Source: Escherichia coli (lineage in GTDB: Bacteria > Pseudomonadota > Gammaproteobacteria > Enterobacterales > Enterobacteriaceae). From it: DNA of 64,000 nucleotides. The stretch's first letter is position 1; every line of letters starts with the position of its first letter. Both the position numbers and the translations under genes were made by a program. The stretch lies in NCBI GenBank assembly GCA_023061495.1, contig GCA_023061495.1_3643.1; one strand, given 5' to 3'. The notes beneath the pieces were generated by a model that was given only the letters and a program-made list of their open reading frames with translations, was not told where the DNA came from and did no database searches. This document shows positions 1-9,013 of the stretch, piece after piece.

Positions 1-197
1 TTAGCCTTGGCAATAACTTCTTTTCCAGAATTGTCAAAAATGAACGCCATAACTTCCTGATGATCATTTTCAACTTTTACACTAACACGTGCATAGTTGG
101 CAGATGGGTGCAAACGCTCCAGCTTAGACATTTTGTGGGAAATGAAAGACACCATACCTTCAGTGATTTCTACGTTGCCAGTGATTTCAATTTGCAT
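1..197 (-). CDS. hypothetical protein, 3' end runs off the window (MQIEITGNVEITEG...)
   Basis: ATG at 197, frame open to window edge; promoter-like TTGACA-N17-TATTAT just upstream at 250-278 on minus strand; not in ORF track because no stop inside window. Confidence 0.35.
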   Translation of the reverse strand, partial: MQIEITGNVEITEGMVSFISHKMSKLERLHPSANYARVSVKVENDHQEVMAFIFDNSGKEVIAKA

Positions 198-249
198 AAC
201 GTGCTCCTTTTAAGGAAGAGAGAATAACAACCATCTCTCTTTGAAAACA

Positions 250-278
250 ATAATACTATAGCTGAAGCGTTGTGTCAA
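250..278 (-). promoter_or_regulatory. sigma70-like promoter (TTGACA-N17-TATTAT)
   Basis: minus-strand -35 TTGACA at 278..273, 17-nt spacer, -10 TATTAT at 255..250. Confidence 0.45.
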
Positions 279-284
279 CAGTTT

Positions 285-575
285 TTACAGCTTATTATCG
301 ATAGTATCTAAAATATCTACAGCAAGATCTGCCATTTTTCTAACATACTCTGCAAACTCAACAGGATCCTTGATCAAAGAATTCACAGGGTCGTACCCTA
401 GAGCGTTCAAAATGGCTGCAGCATCTACAACCTTCTCATCATTTGCGGAGATCTCACCGTCAAACTTGTGGGTCCATTTTGAGTCAATCTTGGCATGGCA
501 GAATTGGTCCATGCTTATTACACCATCTTTTTTAAACGATTCGGTGTTATCAGTATCCAAAACTAAATCCATCAT
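285..575 (-). CDS. hypothetical early protein
   Basis: 96-aa ORF co-oriented with the minus-strand early block; no recognisable motif. Confidence 0.45.
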   Translation of the reverse strand: MMDLVLDTDNTESFKKDGVISMDQFCHAKIDSKWTHKFDGEISANDEKVVDAAAILNALGYDPVNSLIKDPVEFAEYVRKMADLAVDILDTIDNKL

Positions 576-592
576 AGTGGCACCTCACTGTT

Positions 593-991
593 TCAGTCTA
601 GCTTTTCTTCAACAACCCCGTAGCTCGGGGCAGAGTCAAGAGCTTTTTGGTTTAAAAGTGGTGTAGCAGAATCTGCAAACGGTGTCCAAGTTTTTGTTCT
701 GGCATTCCAGTAATGCTTCACTCTGGAATCTGGATGCACTATAACAAAAACTTTTTCACTTGTCAACACATTAATTTCTTCCACACCCTTGCTGACAATT
801 TCTCCGTCATAGCCCCCAGTCTGGTACCCTTCGTACCAGGTTCTTGCATAGGCATAGCCAGCCTGCCAGCATGCAGCCTCCTCCGAGGTGGAGACTACGT
901 AGAAGTCTTTCTCAAATTCTGGGATACGTCCTTGCTTTACGCTCCAAGCTCCGCGAATTTTCATTGTTACTTTGAAAAGCTTGTTCTTCAT
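593..991 (-). CDS. hypothetical early protein
   Basis: 132-aa ORF, co-oriented, tight spacing to neighbours. Confidence 0.5.
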   Translation of the reverse strand: MKNKLFKVTMKIRGAWSVKQGRIPEFEKDFYVVSTSEEAACWQAGYAYARTWYEGYQTGGYDGEIVSKGVEEINVLTSEKVFVIVHPDSRVKHYWNARTKTWTPFADSATPLLNQKALDSAPSYGVVEEKLD

Positions 992-992
992 A

Positions 993-1247
993 CTACCGCT
1001 CTACAATCTCTACGTCTGTTCCTACACCGAAGGCATAGTAATGTTCTTCCCCAAAGTAATACTTGGGGACACCAGCTTTGATCAGGTCTAACCCGCGAAT
1101 AAATACCACACCGTGTGATACAGTGGAATGCTTCTGACGCACAGGATCGTTGTCAGGCAACCATTCAAAGTACACCGCAGGTACAACCTTCCCTTTAAGA
1201 AAGGATTGCCCCAAGTAGACGTTAGAATCAAGAATTTTGACCTTCAT
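993..1247 (-). CDS. hypothetical protein, MKVKxLDSN paralog family member 1
   Basis: 84 aa; shares N-terminal MKVK[IVF]LDSN.Y.GQ...GKV and C-terminal G.DVEIVE with ORFs 1228..1461 and 4851..5084. Confidence 0.55.
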   Translation of the reverse strand: MKVKILDSNVYLGQSFLKGKVVPAVYFEWLPDNDPVRQKHSTVSHGVVFIRGLDLIKAGVPKYYFGEEHYYAFGVGTDVEIVER

Positions 1248-1461
1248 GATCGTCCTCCACTATCTCCACATCCTCCCCTAGGGCAAAGTTGTAGGCCCAC
1301 TGACTGTCAAAGCATTCCTGAGACGCGCCAGCGGCAATAAGATCTGCCCCTTTTATTTTTAAAAGGTCAGGATAATCTTCGTTAGGGATAGCGGTAAACA
1401 CTTTTCCAACTAAAGGCTCTTGACCAATATAGAAGTTTGAATCTAAAACTTTCACTTTCAT
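1228..1461 (-). CDS. hypothetical protein, MKVKxLDSN paralog family member 2
   Basis: 77 aa; paralog of 993..1247 (MKVKVLDSNFYIGQ...EDVEIVE); overlaps upstream neighbour by a few codons. Confidence 0.55.
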   Translation of the reverse strand: MKVKVLDSNFYIGQEPLVGKVFTAIPNEDYPDLLKIKGADLIAAGASQECFDSQWAYNFALGEDVEIVEDDHEGQNS

Positions 1462-1745
1462 CAGAGGTCTCCATCGGGCGGTTGTGGAACGTAAACACTG
1501 TTACGAATCTCGTCAGCAGTGTAGTAACAAGTTTTTCCCTCTCTGTCCCTGGCAGCAATGTATTCAGCTATACCAATAAGTGCCATAGCCTTGGTGGCGT
1601 ATCTCTTAAGCTCGTTAGCTCCCCAGCAAAATCTCTGCCAAAACGGTATGAAACCGAATAGGTACACCTTCTGTTTCACTATCCAATAAGTTCCTTTACA
1701 GATCACTTTAAACTCTGCAGCACTGTTACTGACACCATTGCTCAT
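1461..1745 (-). CDS. hypothetical early protein
   Basis: 94-aa ORF, start/stop overlap with neighbours. Confidence 0.45.
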   Translation of the reverse strand: MSNGVSNSAAEFKVICKGTYWIVKQKVYLFGFIPFWQRFCWGANELKRYATKAMALIGIAEYIAARDREGKTCYYTADEIRNSVYVPQPPDGDL

Positions 1746-1757
1746 TATCTTCTCCTT

Positions 1758-2042
1758 TTATTTTTCTGGGTTTGGCAGATATTGCACATTGGCGGGAGGA
1801 ACACCGGATAGCTCCCAAACAACCATAGTGCTGTACCCTGGCACACTTCTAACATTTAAAAGAGTAGGAGCACCAACACATTTAAACTTCCTTTTCCCGA
1901 ATCCGTTCTCCATCATAACCCAGTATCCGGTATCCTGATCACCTGGAATTTGTGTTCCATCATCGTCCACCCAGCGGACGGTCCATTTCGATACAGCAAC
2001 GGCTCGGTATTTAAACTTTTTAAACCACTCAAACAGTTTCAT
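1758..2042 (-). CDS. hypothetical early protein
   Basis: 94-aa ORF co-oriented. Confidence 0.45.
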   Translation of the reverse strand: MKLFEWFKKFKYRAVAVSKWTVRWVDDDGTQIPGDQDTGYWVMMENGFGKRKFKCVGAPTLLNVRSVPGYSTMVVWELSGVPPANVQYLPNPEK

Positions 2043-2137
2043 AATTCAGCCTCGCATAGCCATAATAACTATAAACAGACAAATAATGAATCCGAATGCC
2101 ACGCCACCCATAAACGTTAATATTGATGCGACCATAA

Positions 2138-2323
2138 TCAATCATCCTCGTTTGGCAGCTCTTCCATTTTGACATACCGGAAAGTGTTGCCGTAATAGTT
2201 GATCCATGACATCAACTCGTTTTCTTGCTCTTCCTCTGGGATTGACTCTCGGATGCTGACAAGTTTTAAGAAAATCCAATCACAATCTACACCCATCCTA
2301 CCGGACAGGCAATAGTGCTTCAT
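2138..2323 (-). CDS. hypothetical small protein
   Basis: 61-aa ORF co-oriented. Confidence 0.35.
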   Translation of the reverse strand: MKHYCLSGRMGVDCDWIFLKLVSIRESIPEEEQENELMSWINYYGNTFRYVKMEELPNEDD

Positions 2324-2341
2324 AGAACCCTCCCGACTGGT

Positions 2342-2536
2342 TTAAAATATTGCTTCTTCCATTGCACCTGAGAGCAACAAAGAGGTAATATGGCTAACAT
2401 TCATCTCAGACTCTACTTCCTCCCCTTTGAAAGGTTCGCGGCAGAATAGAACTGTTTCAGGACTTTTACTTCGAACAATATAATACAAATCATTCAAGGT
2501 GTTGTAGTAATAAGTGTTAAAACGTAAGTTTTTCAT
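2342..2536 (-). CDS. hypothetical small protein
   Basis: 64-aa ORF, stop overlaps start of 2533..2820 neighbour. Confidence 0.35.
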   Translation of the reverse strand: MKNLRFNTYYYNTLNDLYYIVRSKSPETVLFCREPFKGEEVESEMNVSHITSLLLSGAMEEAIF

Positions 2537-2820
2537 TTTCTAGTCCCCTTCTTAGATTTTTGTGCAGAAACGCTTTCTGCAATACGAGACAGGCGTTCTT
2601 CTGAAGCTTTACCTACCCCAGGTTTCTTGAGCGGGTTATCTTTATGACCGCAATCCAATTGGATGCTAGATACCTCCCCAACCTTGTAAGTCAATTCTAA
2701 CAAAAGGTTGTCGTCCTTGTCAAATGTTTTTACGATAAATTTTTTATCGTCCTCCTGAACTTCATACCTAGTACCTGCAGTATACAGCATGGTGCCATCA
2801 GTGTAGGATATCCAAATCAT
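2533..2820 (-). CDS. hypothetical early protein
   Basis: 95-aa ORF with ATGA-type overlap to both neighbours. Confidence 0.45.
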   Translation of the reverse strand: MIWISYTDGTMLYTAGTRYEVQEDDKKFIVKTFDKDDNLLLELTYKVGEVSSIQLDCGHKDNPLKKPGVGKASEERLSRIAESVSAQKSKKGTRK

Positions 2821-3164
2821 TGCACCTCCTTCTGCTGCAACAGCATTAACTCTTTGTTGGAAATCTTTACTGCTGTCTTTATTGTTCCATCTTCACGGAA
2901 CCACGACCAGAATTCTACAGTGTCGCCACTATCAAGCAAGGCATGACCGTGGTAAAAATCCTTGTCCTTAGACAGTTTCTCATCTATATCTGCATCGACA
3001 CATTCGTGATCCATAGCATTTTGCCTGAATGCATCGGTTATGCCAAGGCATGCCTTGCTCTCAAGACTGGTATATCCGATATCTTTTAATTCAGTTTCCC
3101 AAGTCCAGTAGCCTACAAAAGCCACAACAGCTGCCCACATCAATATCGACTTAATCTTTGGCAT
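2817..3164 (-). CDS. hypothetical membrane-anchored protein
   Basis: N-terminal hydrophobic segment (ILMWAAVVAFVGYWTW) then soluble domain. Confidence 0.5.
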   Translation of the reverse strand: MPKIKSILMWAAVVAFVGYWTWETELKDIGYTSLESKACLGITDAFRQNAMDHECVDADIDEKLSKDKDFYHGHALLDSGDTVEFWSWFREDGTIKTAVKISNKELMLLQQKEVQ

Positions 3165-3224
3165 TCTCTCTACCTCTTTCTTAGTTTATTTAATTATGGC
3201 ACATCCTTTGTGCCTTGTTGCACA

Positions 3225-3686
3225 CTACTTGAACAACAGTTCAAGATAGTGCAAAATTAACAGAAGTTGAATTACGCCTAGCACAACGGCGAGTATATTA
3301 ATCTTAGAATCAAAAAACTTCTTAACTTTTACCCAAAAAGGCTCCTTAATGTCCTTCACGATCCTATTTATAGATGATTTCATATCTCTGATTACCATCC
3401 TAAACATTAGAGACGGATCTTCCTTCTCTGTAACAGAATCGAAAACATACTCTCTTCGATCACAAGGACCTCCAGATCTGCGTATTAACCTCTCCACAGA
3501 GACCTCGTACGACACACCTGTAACGTAATCATCTATGACAAGTAGTGACGGGTCTTTATCATCCAAAGGTATCAGAGTTATCTTTCCAGATTTTGTTAAA
3601 ATTTCTCCTTTTTCAAGCAAGGTGTACCAATGCTCTCTACCAAGATTGTTGAGGCACGTTTTTACATATTTAACAAACATCGTCAC
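3225..3686 (-). CDS. hypothetical protein (C-terminal hydrophobic tail)
   Basis: 153-aa ORF; C-terminus ILAVVLGVIQLLLILHYL looks like a membrane anchor. Confidence 0.5.
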   Translation of the reverse strand: MTMFVKYVKTCLNNLGREHWYTLLEKGEILTKSGKITLIPLDDKDPSLLVIDDYVTGVSYEVSVERLIRRSGGPCDRREYVFDSVTEKEDPSLMFRMVIRDMKSSINRIVKDIKEPFWVKVKKFFDSKINILAVVLGVIQLLLILHYLELLFK

Positions 3687-3886
3687 CCCTCATCGCACGT
3701 CTGATATAACCATTCTATAAAATCTTGATACCACTCTCCCTCTGAACGCTCCGTAGGCCAATAATCTTCCCCATCTCTTGCATTAAAATCCGAGTATTCA
3801 ACTTTCCACTCCTTTACCAGCTCGTGGAGAAGGTTTTCAGCCTGTTCTAAGGATTTATTTTTTGTCATCACTGTCCCCTTTTTCAA
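3683..3886 (-). CDS. hypothetical small protein
   Basis: 67 aa, start overlaps stop of upstream small ORF. Confidence 0.4.
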   Translation of the reverse strand: MKKGTVMTKNKSLEQAENLLHELVKEWKVEYSDFNARDGEDYWPTERSEGEWYQDFIEWLYQTCDEG

Positions 3887-3974
3887 GATAATTATACATC
3901 AGTGCCGCGCCACCCAAAATGGCTACCAGCAGTAATACTCCAGAGAGCATTTCAATAAACATGGCTTGAAACAT
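3855..3974 (-). CDS. putative 39-aa single-pass membrane peptide (MFQAMFIEMLSGVLLLVAILGGAALMYNYLEKGDSDDKK)
   Basis: found by hand, below ORF-track size cutoff; hydrophobic core; TAATG overlap with upstream ORF. Confidence 0.3.
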   Translation of the reverse strand: MFQAMFIEMLSGVLLLVAILGGAALMYNYLEKGDSDDKK

Positions 3975-4105
3975 TAGAAGGCCCCCTCTAATTTCACGCA
4001 CCATTTTAAATACACACTCTTTTCCCATGAAGATGCTGAACTAAGTTCTGCATAGAATGCAATCTCCCTAAGAATAGTATAAACAGTTTCAGGCACTGTT
4101 ACCAT
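3974..4105 (-). CDS. putative 43-aa peptide
   Basis: found by hand; stop overlaps downstream ATG as TAATG, start overlaps 3' end of 4089..4325. Confidence 0.25.
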   Translation of the reverse strand: MVTVPETVYTILREIAFYAELSSASSWEKSVYLKWCVKLEGAF

Positions 4106-4325
4106 TCTTATCTACCTCCTTCATTTTCCTGACGGTTTTACAGTGATCTACCAAGCACATAACAACAATGAAGAGAACGACAGGCCAAAAAGGTGCGGCA
4201 GTGATTATAGTTATAAAGTCGTCAAACTTAATTTTTCTACAAGATATGATGCAAAGAGTTGCTAAAACAACCATTGTCAGAAAGGTCAATGCGCAATACC
4301 AAACCAGCACAGTGTCTATAGTCAT
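4089..4325 (-). CDS. hypothetical membrane protein
   Basis: two hydrophobic stretches (LVWYCALTFLTMVVLATLCII; ITAAPFWPVVLFIVVMCLV). Confidence 0.45.
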   Translation of the reverse strand: MTIDTVLVWYCALTFLTMVVLATLCIISCRKIKFDDFITIITAAPFWPVVLFIVVMCLVDHCKTVRKMKEVDKNGNSA

Positions 4326-4326
4326 A

Positions 4327-4854
4327 CTACATCTCCTGGTTCAAACTGTTAAGAAAGGATACCCTGTCTTCGCTATTTTTCTCTGTGATATACCCTCCAA
4401 ACATGGAAAGAATCACATGCTTCAAGTAATCTTTTTCTGGATCGCTTAGATGATTGCGTGGCTTTATTTCCACATCATGATAGTCGTACAATCCACAATC
4501 ATGATACCCCCAGTATCGACACACCTCAATACTGATCGGGAGTTTTTTGTCACACGAAACTTTCCAACGGGTTACGTTGTTACCAGGGGATAAATCCTCG
4601 CCCACCTTCACGAATGACAGATCGTAACTCATAAACTTTTCGTACAGTTTAAGCACAAAACTCTCGACCTGTGGAGAAACACCAGCCACTAGCTGAGCGT
4701 ATCTATACTTACTTTCGATAATTTTTCGGCGCTTTGCTGTAAGGTTTATTGCAGCAATTTGACTTTCTGAGTATCTCCAAGGCTTATATATAAATGCTTT
4801 CGGGTCTTTGTCGCCATAAAAATCTTTCCAATCAACTAGCAGCATACCTGTCAC
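4327..4854 (-). CDS. hypothetical early protein
   Basis: 175-aa ORF co-oriented. Confidence 0.5.
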   Translation of the reverse strand: MTGMLLVDWKDFYGDKDPKAFIYKPWRYSESQIAAINLTAKRRKIIESKYRYAQLVAGVSPQVESFVLKLYEKFMSYDLSFVKVGEDLSPGNNVTRWKVSCDKKLPISIEVCRYWGYHDCGLYDYHDVEIKPRNHLSDPEKDYLKHVILSMFGGYITEKNSEDRVSFLNSLNQEM

Positions 4855-5084
4855 TCCTCCACAACTTCAAGGCCTTTGCCGCCTCGTTCTGGTAGATTAC
4901 TTAAAGACAGGTAATACGTATAGTAAGGAGAGATCCTGCCAGACTCTGCACCTGCAGATAGTAAATCTTTTCCCTTAACCATGACAACATTATCGTTTGC
5001 AGATAGTCGTTTTGCTTCCACAATTTTACCAACGCAGTCAACCAAGGAAGGGTACCCTAAATCTGTAAGAAATTTAACTTTCAT
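4851..5084 (-). CDS. hypothetical protein, MKVKxLDSN paralog family member 3
   Basis: 77 aa, MKVKFLTDLGYP...GKIV...KGKDLLSAGA...LEVVEE; divergent paralog of 993..1247 and 1228..1461. Confidence 0.5.
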   Translation of the reverse strand: MKVKFLTDLGYPSLVDCVGKIVEAKRLSANDNVVMVKGKDLLSAGAESGRISPYYTYYLSLSNLPERGGKGLEVVEE

Positions 5085-5123
5085 GCTACCTCCTACTTCT
5101 ACCGTCCCTGGTAAGATAAATTA

Positions 5124-5522
5124 TTACTGAACAGAGCGCGGAGCTGGGAAGGATAACTCTTCTAAAGAGAAGATTTCATTTCCCACAATCCATGTTGCCG
5201 GATCATCTGGGTTGACCGGATAGATAATCATCACCTCGTCCGTGTTACATACCCGCTTTTTACCTGTGGAGTCATCAGCAACCAGCATACGCGGTTCTTC
5301 AGAAATGCACAGGTAGCCTCCTCGGCCCACTGTTCCTTCCACAGGGTCTTGTCCTTTGATCACGATGATTATCTTCTCCCCTGAGGCGATATTACCTTGC
5401 ACACTCACCGTTTGACCAACCTTGGATGTGCCAATCTTAGTGACTTCGAACATTACATCCCGAATTACCGTTGCATAATCGCCAGACACTTTCTTACCTT
5501 CTTTAGTGATCTCAATCTTCAT
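5124..5522 (-). CDS. hypothetical early protein
   Basis: 132-aa ORF. Confidence 0.5.
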   Translation of the reverse strand: MKIEITKEGKKVSGDYATVIRDVMFEVTKIGTSKVGQTVSVQGNIASGEKIIIVIKGQDPVEGTVGRGGYLCISEEPRMLVADDSTGKKRVCNTDEVMIIYPVNPDDPATWIVGNEIFSLEELSFPAPRSVQ

Positions 5523-5758
5523 ACACTGTGCTCCTTAAATGAATCTATGTAATCAATTAAATCCCAAGCATCCCTATGACCTGTCAGAGGGTATACTTCT
5601 CCAAGAGGGATCATAGCAGTAAGTCTATCAAAAACCCAATCCGGACGCAACATCTTATGGTGATATTCCCACTCACCTTCTACAGACTTTTTCTGAGTGA
5701 TCAGAATCTCTGTGTAGTGTTTTGCCTGTCTTGAGTAAATTGAAAATGACTTATACAT
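5519..5758 (-). CDS. hypothetical early protein
   Basis: 79-aa ORF, start overlaps neighbour. Confidence 0.45.
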   Translation of the reverse strand: MYKSFSIYSRQAKHYTEILITQKKSVEGEWEYHHKMLRPDWVFDRLTAMIPLGEVYPLTGHRDAWDLIDYIDSFKEHSV

Positions 5759-5795
5759 AGATGACCCTCCCTCTTGTTGAAAACAAAATACACTA

Positions 5796-6080
5796 CTACC
5801 AAGTCACTGTCAAGTAGGCAACCGTGTTATTTTTCTCCGGAGAGATGCCAACAACATCCACCTGCAGACCTCCTGCCCTCAAATCTCCAACGATGTGTGG
5901 AAAGTAGTCTGAGAGGTGTGATGGGAGATTTATCGAAAATCCACATCCCAGAAAGCCTGCTAACGCTTTATTTTGTATCTCCCCTACAATCGCATCATAA
6001 ATAGAGTTAAGCTCGTCAGGAAGCGTTACAGGACGTTTTAGAGCTAACTGGTGCAACTTGTCCTTAGCACTCATTTTCAT
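5796..6080 (-). CDS. hypothetical protein
   Basis: start moved to ATG at 6080 (MKMSAKDK...), which forms an ATGA overlap with the methyltransferase stop; ORF track begins further upstream at 6149. Confidence 0.45.
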   Translation of the reverse strand: MKMSAKDKLHQLALKRPVTLPDELNSIYDAIVGEIQNKALAGFLGCGFSINLPSHLSDYFPHIVGDLRAGGLQVDVVGISPEKNNTVAYLTVTW

Positions 6081-6610
6081 TTCAAGTCTGCCTCTGGTGG
6101 TGCCAACCACATAAATGGCGGCAAGTCTAGACGGTTTTTCTTGTCCCATACAAAATATGCATATGCCTGCCCATCCGTTCTACCATTGGATTGGAATGAC
6201 GGACGCTTAGATATTGTGATCACGGTGGTAGGTGCATTATCAAGCCACCATTCAAATCTGGCCTTGCTTTCCAGAAAATTAAGACGCAAAAGCATAATAA
6301 CTACGTCAGCATCTTTCAACGCCTTGTCTACAAACTCACGAGCCAGGCTGTACGGTGGGTTGGTGATAATACAGTCAACATGGTTGTATTCTGTATTCAG
6401 ATAGTCAACACCTTCTTGGATTTCTCCCCATGCAGATCCTAACGGCATACGGGAGTAGAACACACCTGAGGCACTATTCCTGCAAGGCTCTAAGTAAGTC
6501 CAGTCTTCTGGGAACGGAATAAGGTCATACAGCCCTTCTGCACACCACTCCGGTGTCACATACTCATCGTAAGCGTTACGTTGTTCATCAGGTTTTCTAG
6601 CACAAGTCAT
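6077..6610 (-). CDS. DNA N6-adenine methyltransferase (Dam-like)
   Basis: catalytic motif IV NPPY in IITNPPYSLAREFV; size typical of small phage Dam-like enzymes. Confidence 0.7.
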   Translation of the reverse strand: MTCARKPDEQRNAYDEYVTPEWCAEGLYDLIPFPEDWTYLEPCRNSASGVFYSRMPLGSAWGEIQEGVDYLNTEYNHVDCIITNPPYSLAREFVDKALKDADVVIMLLRLNFLESKARFEWWLDNAPTTVITISKRPSFQSNGRTDGQAYAYFVWDKKNRLDLPPFMWLAPPEADLK

Positions 6611-6621
6611 GCAAATCTCCA

Positions 6622-6650
6622 GATCATAAAAGCCCTCCGAAGAGGGCTTT
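6622..6650 (-). terminator. rho-independent terminator hairpin (AGCCCTC-CGAA-GAGGGCT) after protease gene
   Basis: perfect 7-bp stem, CGAA tetraloop, U-rich run on minus strand. Confidence 0.5.
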
Positions 6651-6661
6651 AGAATTAATGT

Positions 6662-7711
6662 TTAAGCTTCTTCGACAATTCCTGCGCCCAGGATTTTTTC
6701 ATTGAGCTCTTTTGCTGTTTTAATAATATTGTCCACCAGACGCTTACGGGTCTTATCTTTCACCTGAACTTCTTCGCCGCCGTTCAGGGTGGTTTTCAAT
6801 TGGGACAAAATGTCCTGAAGCTCTACCACAGAGAATCGCTGCAGATCTTCCGAGGTAATCTCCCCCAGTGCAATCTTAACGGTCTCACCACTCTCCATCT
6901 GCAGATTCAGGAACACAGTGTGAACATCACCTTTCATACCATTTTCTTTTGCAGACTCAACAGCATGAACCAGCTCGTCCAAAGATGTGCATTGGTGAAT
7001 CTCTGGCAGGCCTGCTTCGCCTAGCACACCTTCTTCATCACTTTTTGCCAAAAGCTTTTTCGGTTTCTGTCCATTCTGAATGCGCTGAATGTTTTCATCG
7101 TCCAGAATGATAGCACCAGTTCTAGATGCCAGCTCTTCTCCATCTAACCACACTTCACCGCCAGCTGTGATGGATGCGATCTCATCTTCTGTTAACACCC
7201 CACCGTAGTATTTTTCGATCAGGCGTTCAAAACGTTTCTTCCAGTAGTTGATCTGGGTATTCATGTTCACACCGTTACCATAGGTGCCACCTTGATAGTA
7301 GTGGAACATAAATTCTGTGTCCGGAGCCACAGTTCGTTCTTTGCAACCCAGCCATAAGATTGTTCCTGCCGAGCAGCACATCCCTTCAGCGTGTACAACA
7401 ACGCTTGCCTGAGACTCGCGGAATGCCTGCAAATACGCCATAGCAATGTGAACGCAACCACCAGGACTGTTAATGATTACACGGATACTTTCTTCTGGCT
7501 GAGCCATACGGATCGTCTGTAGACGAGACATGTGATCTTGTAGGTCGTCCAAATCGTCGATATAAAGAACGTGGTCAACAACAGGTGTTGGGTAGCTGTA
7601 TGTTTCCATAATACCACCAGGCATACCGAACATTTTGTTACTCATAGGTTCGAAACCGTTCTGTTTTTCTTTCATGCCGTGTACCATGGTGCTGCGAGGT
7701 GTTAAATTCAT
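6662..7711 (-). CDS. ClpP-like serine protease with C-terminal extension
   Basis: ClpP-like motifs INSPGGCVHIAMA, GMCCSAG (Ser) and MFHYYQGG (His); about 150 extra C-terminal residues. Confidence 0.7.
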   Translation of the reverse strand: MNLTPRSTMVHGMKEKQNGFEPMSNKMFGMPGGIMETYSYPTPVVDHVLYIDDLDDLQDHMSRLQTIRMAQPEESIRVIINSPGGCVHIAMAYLQAFRESQASVVVHAEGMCCSAGTILWLGCKERTVAPDTEFMFHYYQGGTYGNGVNMNTQINYWKKRFERLIEKYYGGVLTEDEIASITAGGEVWLDGEELASRTGAIILDDENIQRIQNGQKPKKLLAKSDEEGVLGEAGLPEIHQCTSLDELVHAVESAKENGMKGDVHTVFLNLQMESGETVKIALGEITSEDLQRFSVVELQDILSQLKTTLNGGEEVQVKDKTRKRLVDNIIKTAKELNEKILGAGIVEEA

Positions 7712-7771
7712 GAGAAATCCTTAATATTGGAAGTTGAAAGCTATTTATTTAAACCTGATTCACATTTACCT

Positions 7772-8083
7772 TTATTTAGCAATCACTATAGAATACTTAC
7801 GATTGTCAGAAGCATCACAGCTCAACGATTGCCAGTCTACCACATACCACGTATCATTGTCAACAATTACTTTGTCGCCTGTTCTGTAGCAGGTGCTGCT
7901 TTCAATAATTCGAGACTCGATAAAGAATCTGTGTCTGCGCTCACGTAACAACGCTAAGTTGATTATATTACCACCGCTGTCCTTGGTCCACACATTCTTG
8001 GATCCCTTATTTGCCAAAATTGTCTCACCGTTATAGACAAATAGGCAGTATATTTTATTCAGTCTCTCTTGTATTGTAGCCAT
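7772..8083 (-). CDS. hypothetical protein
   Basis: 103-aa ORF downstream of promoter 8113..8141. Confidence 0.45.
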   Translation of the reverse strand: MATIQERLNKIYCLFVYNGETILANKGSKNVWTKDSGGNIINLALLRERRHRFFIESRIIESSTCYRTGDKVIVDNDTWYVVDWQSLSCDASDNRKYSIVIAK

Positions 8084-8112
8084 ACTGTGCCCTTCTCCTT
8101 GTTTTGTCCAAT

Positions 8113-8141
8113 AATAATATCTAAAGCTTACCTGTTTGTCA
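8113..8141 (-). promoter_or_regulatory. sigma70-like promoter (TTGACA-N17-TATTAT)
   Basis: minus-strand -35 at 8141..8136, 17-nt spacer, -10 at 8118..8113. Confidence 0.55.
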
Positions 8142-8186
8142 ACAACTGTTTTAGATATTTAAGGGTGGAATAACCACCCTTCTGTA

Positions 8187-8975
8187 TTACTCGGAAACAG
8201 GAGTCCAAATATGATTTGCACGATCCTCAATAAGATTAAGTGCAATCTGACGGCCCAACCCGGAACGAACAACATCGTCCGGGCTATCAAAGCTAATCAT
8301 TCCAACCTCAGGATCTGGATGACGCGTAAAGAAATCTGTCACCCATGCAAGGCCAGACTTACCGGGGATGTCACGTTGGCTGTTATCACCCATAATTACA
8401 AGGGTGGCCTGATCAGAGATCCTTGTGATAATTGACAACATTTCTTCAGGGTTAGTTTGCTGTGCCTCGTCAATCAGGACAAAGCATCGCTCATCGAAAC
8501 TACGACCACGAATGCTTTCAACTTCACAAATCTCTATACGGCTGTTCTGACCGTCTCCCAGCATTGCGGCAAAAGCACCTTTGCCAACACGACGACAAAT
8601 CGTGTCCATCATACTACGAAGGTAAGGCCAAAGCTTCTGCATTGACGTTCCCGGTTTGTATCCGCTTGATTTCCCGGTCTGTACATAAGGACGTGCAACA
8701 ATGATCTTATCAATCTCATTCTTACGCAGAAGATCACCTGCATATGCAGATGCCAGGAATGTCTTACCAGATCCAAACACACCGTTTACAATAATAATCT
8801 TACGTGACCCTAGATAATCAAGATACTTTTGCTGCTTTTTATTCATTGGTCGGAGAGCTGGAGCGGTGTGCTCTCGTTCGTCAGCAAATTTCTCAGCAGC
8901 CTTACGCAGGCGATCAGATTTGCGAGCCTCTCTAGCTTCATCACGCATGCGTTTTGTTTCTTTAGCTCGACCCAT
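8187..8975 (-). CDS. phoH: PhoH-like ATPase
   Basis: Walker A GVFGSGKTFLA; overall PhoH-like length and layout. Confidence 0.8.
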   Translation of the reverse strand: MGRAKETKRMRDEAREARKSDRLRKAAEKFADEREHTAPALRPMNKKQQKYLDYLGSRKIIIVNGVFGSGKTFLASAYAGDLLRKNEIDKIIVARPYVQTGKSSGYKPGTSMQKLWPYLRSMMDTICRRVGKGAFAAMLGDGQNSRIEICEVESIRGRSFDERCFVLIDEAQQTNPEEMLSIITRISDQATLVIMGDNSQRDIPGKSGLAWVTDFFTRHPDPEVGMISFDSPDDVVRSGLGRQIALNLIEDRANHIWTPVSE

Positions 8976-9013
8976 GTTGGGACTCCTTTCAGATTGAGAT
9001 GTGCCAAGTACTT

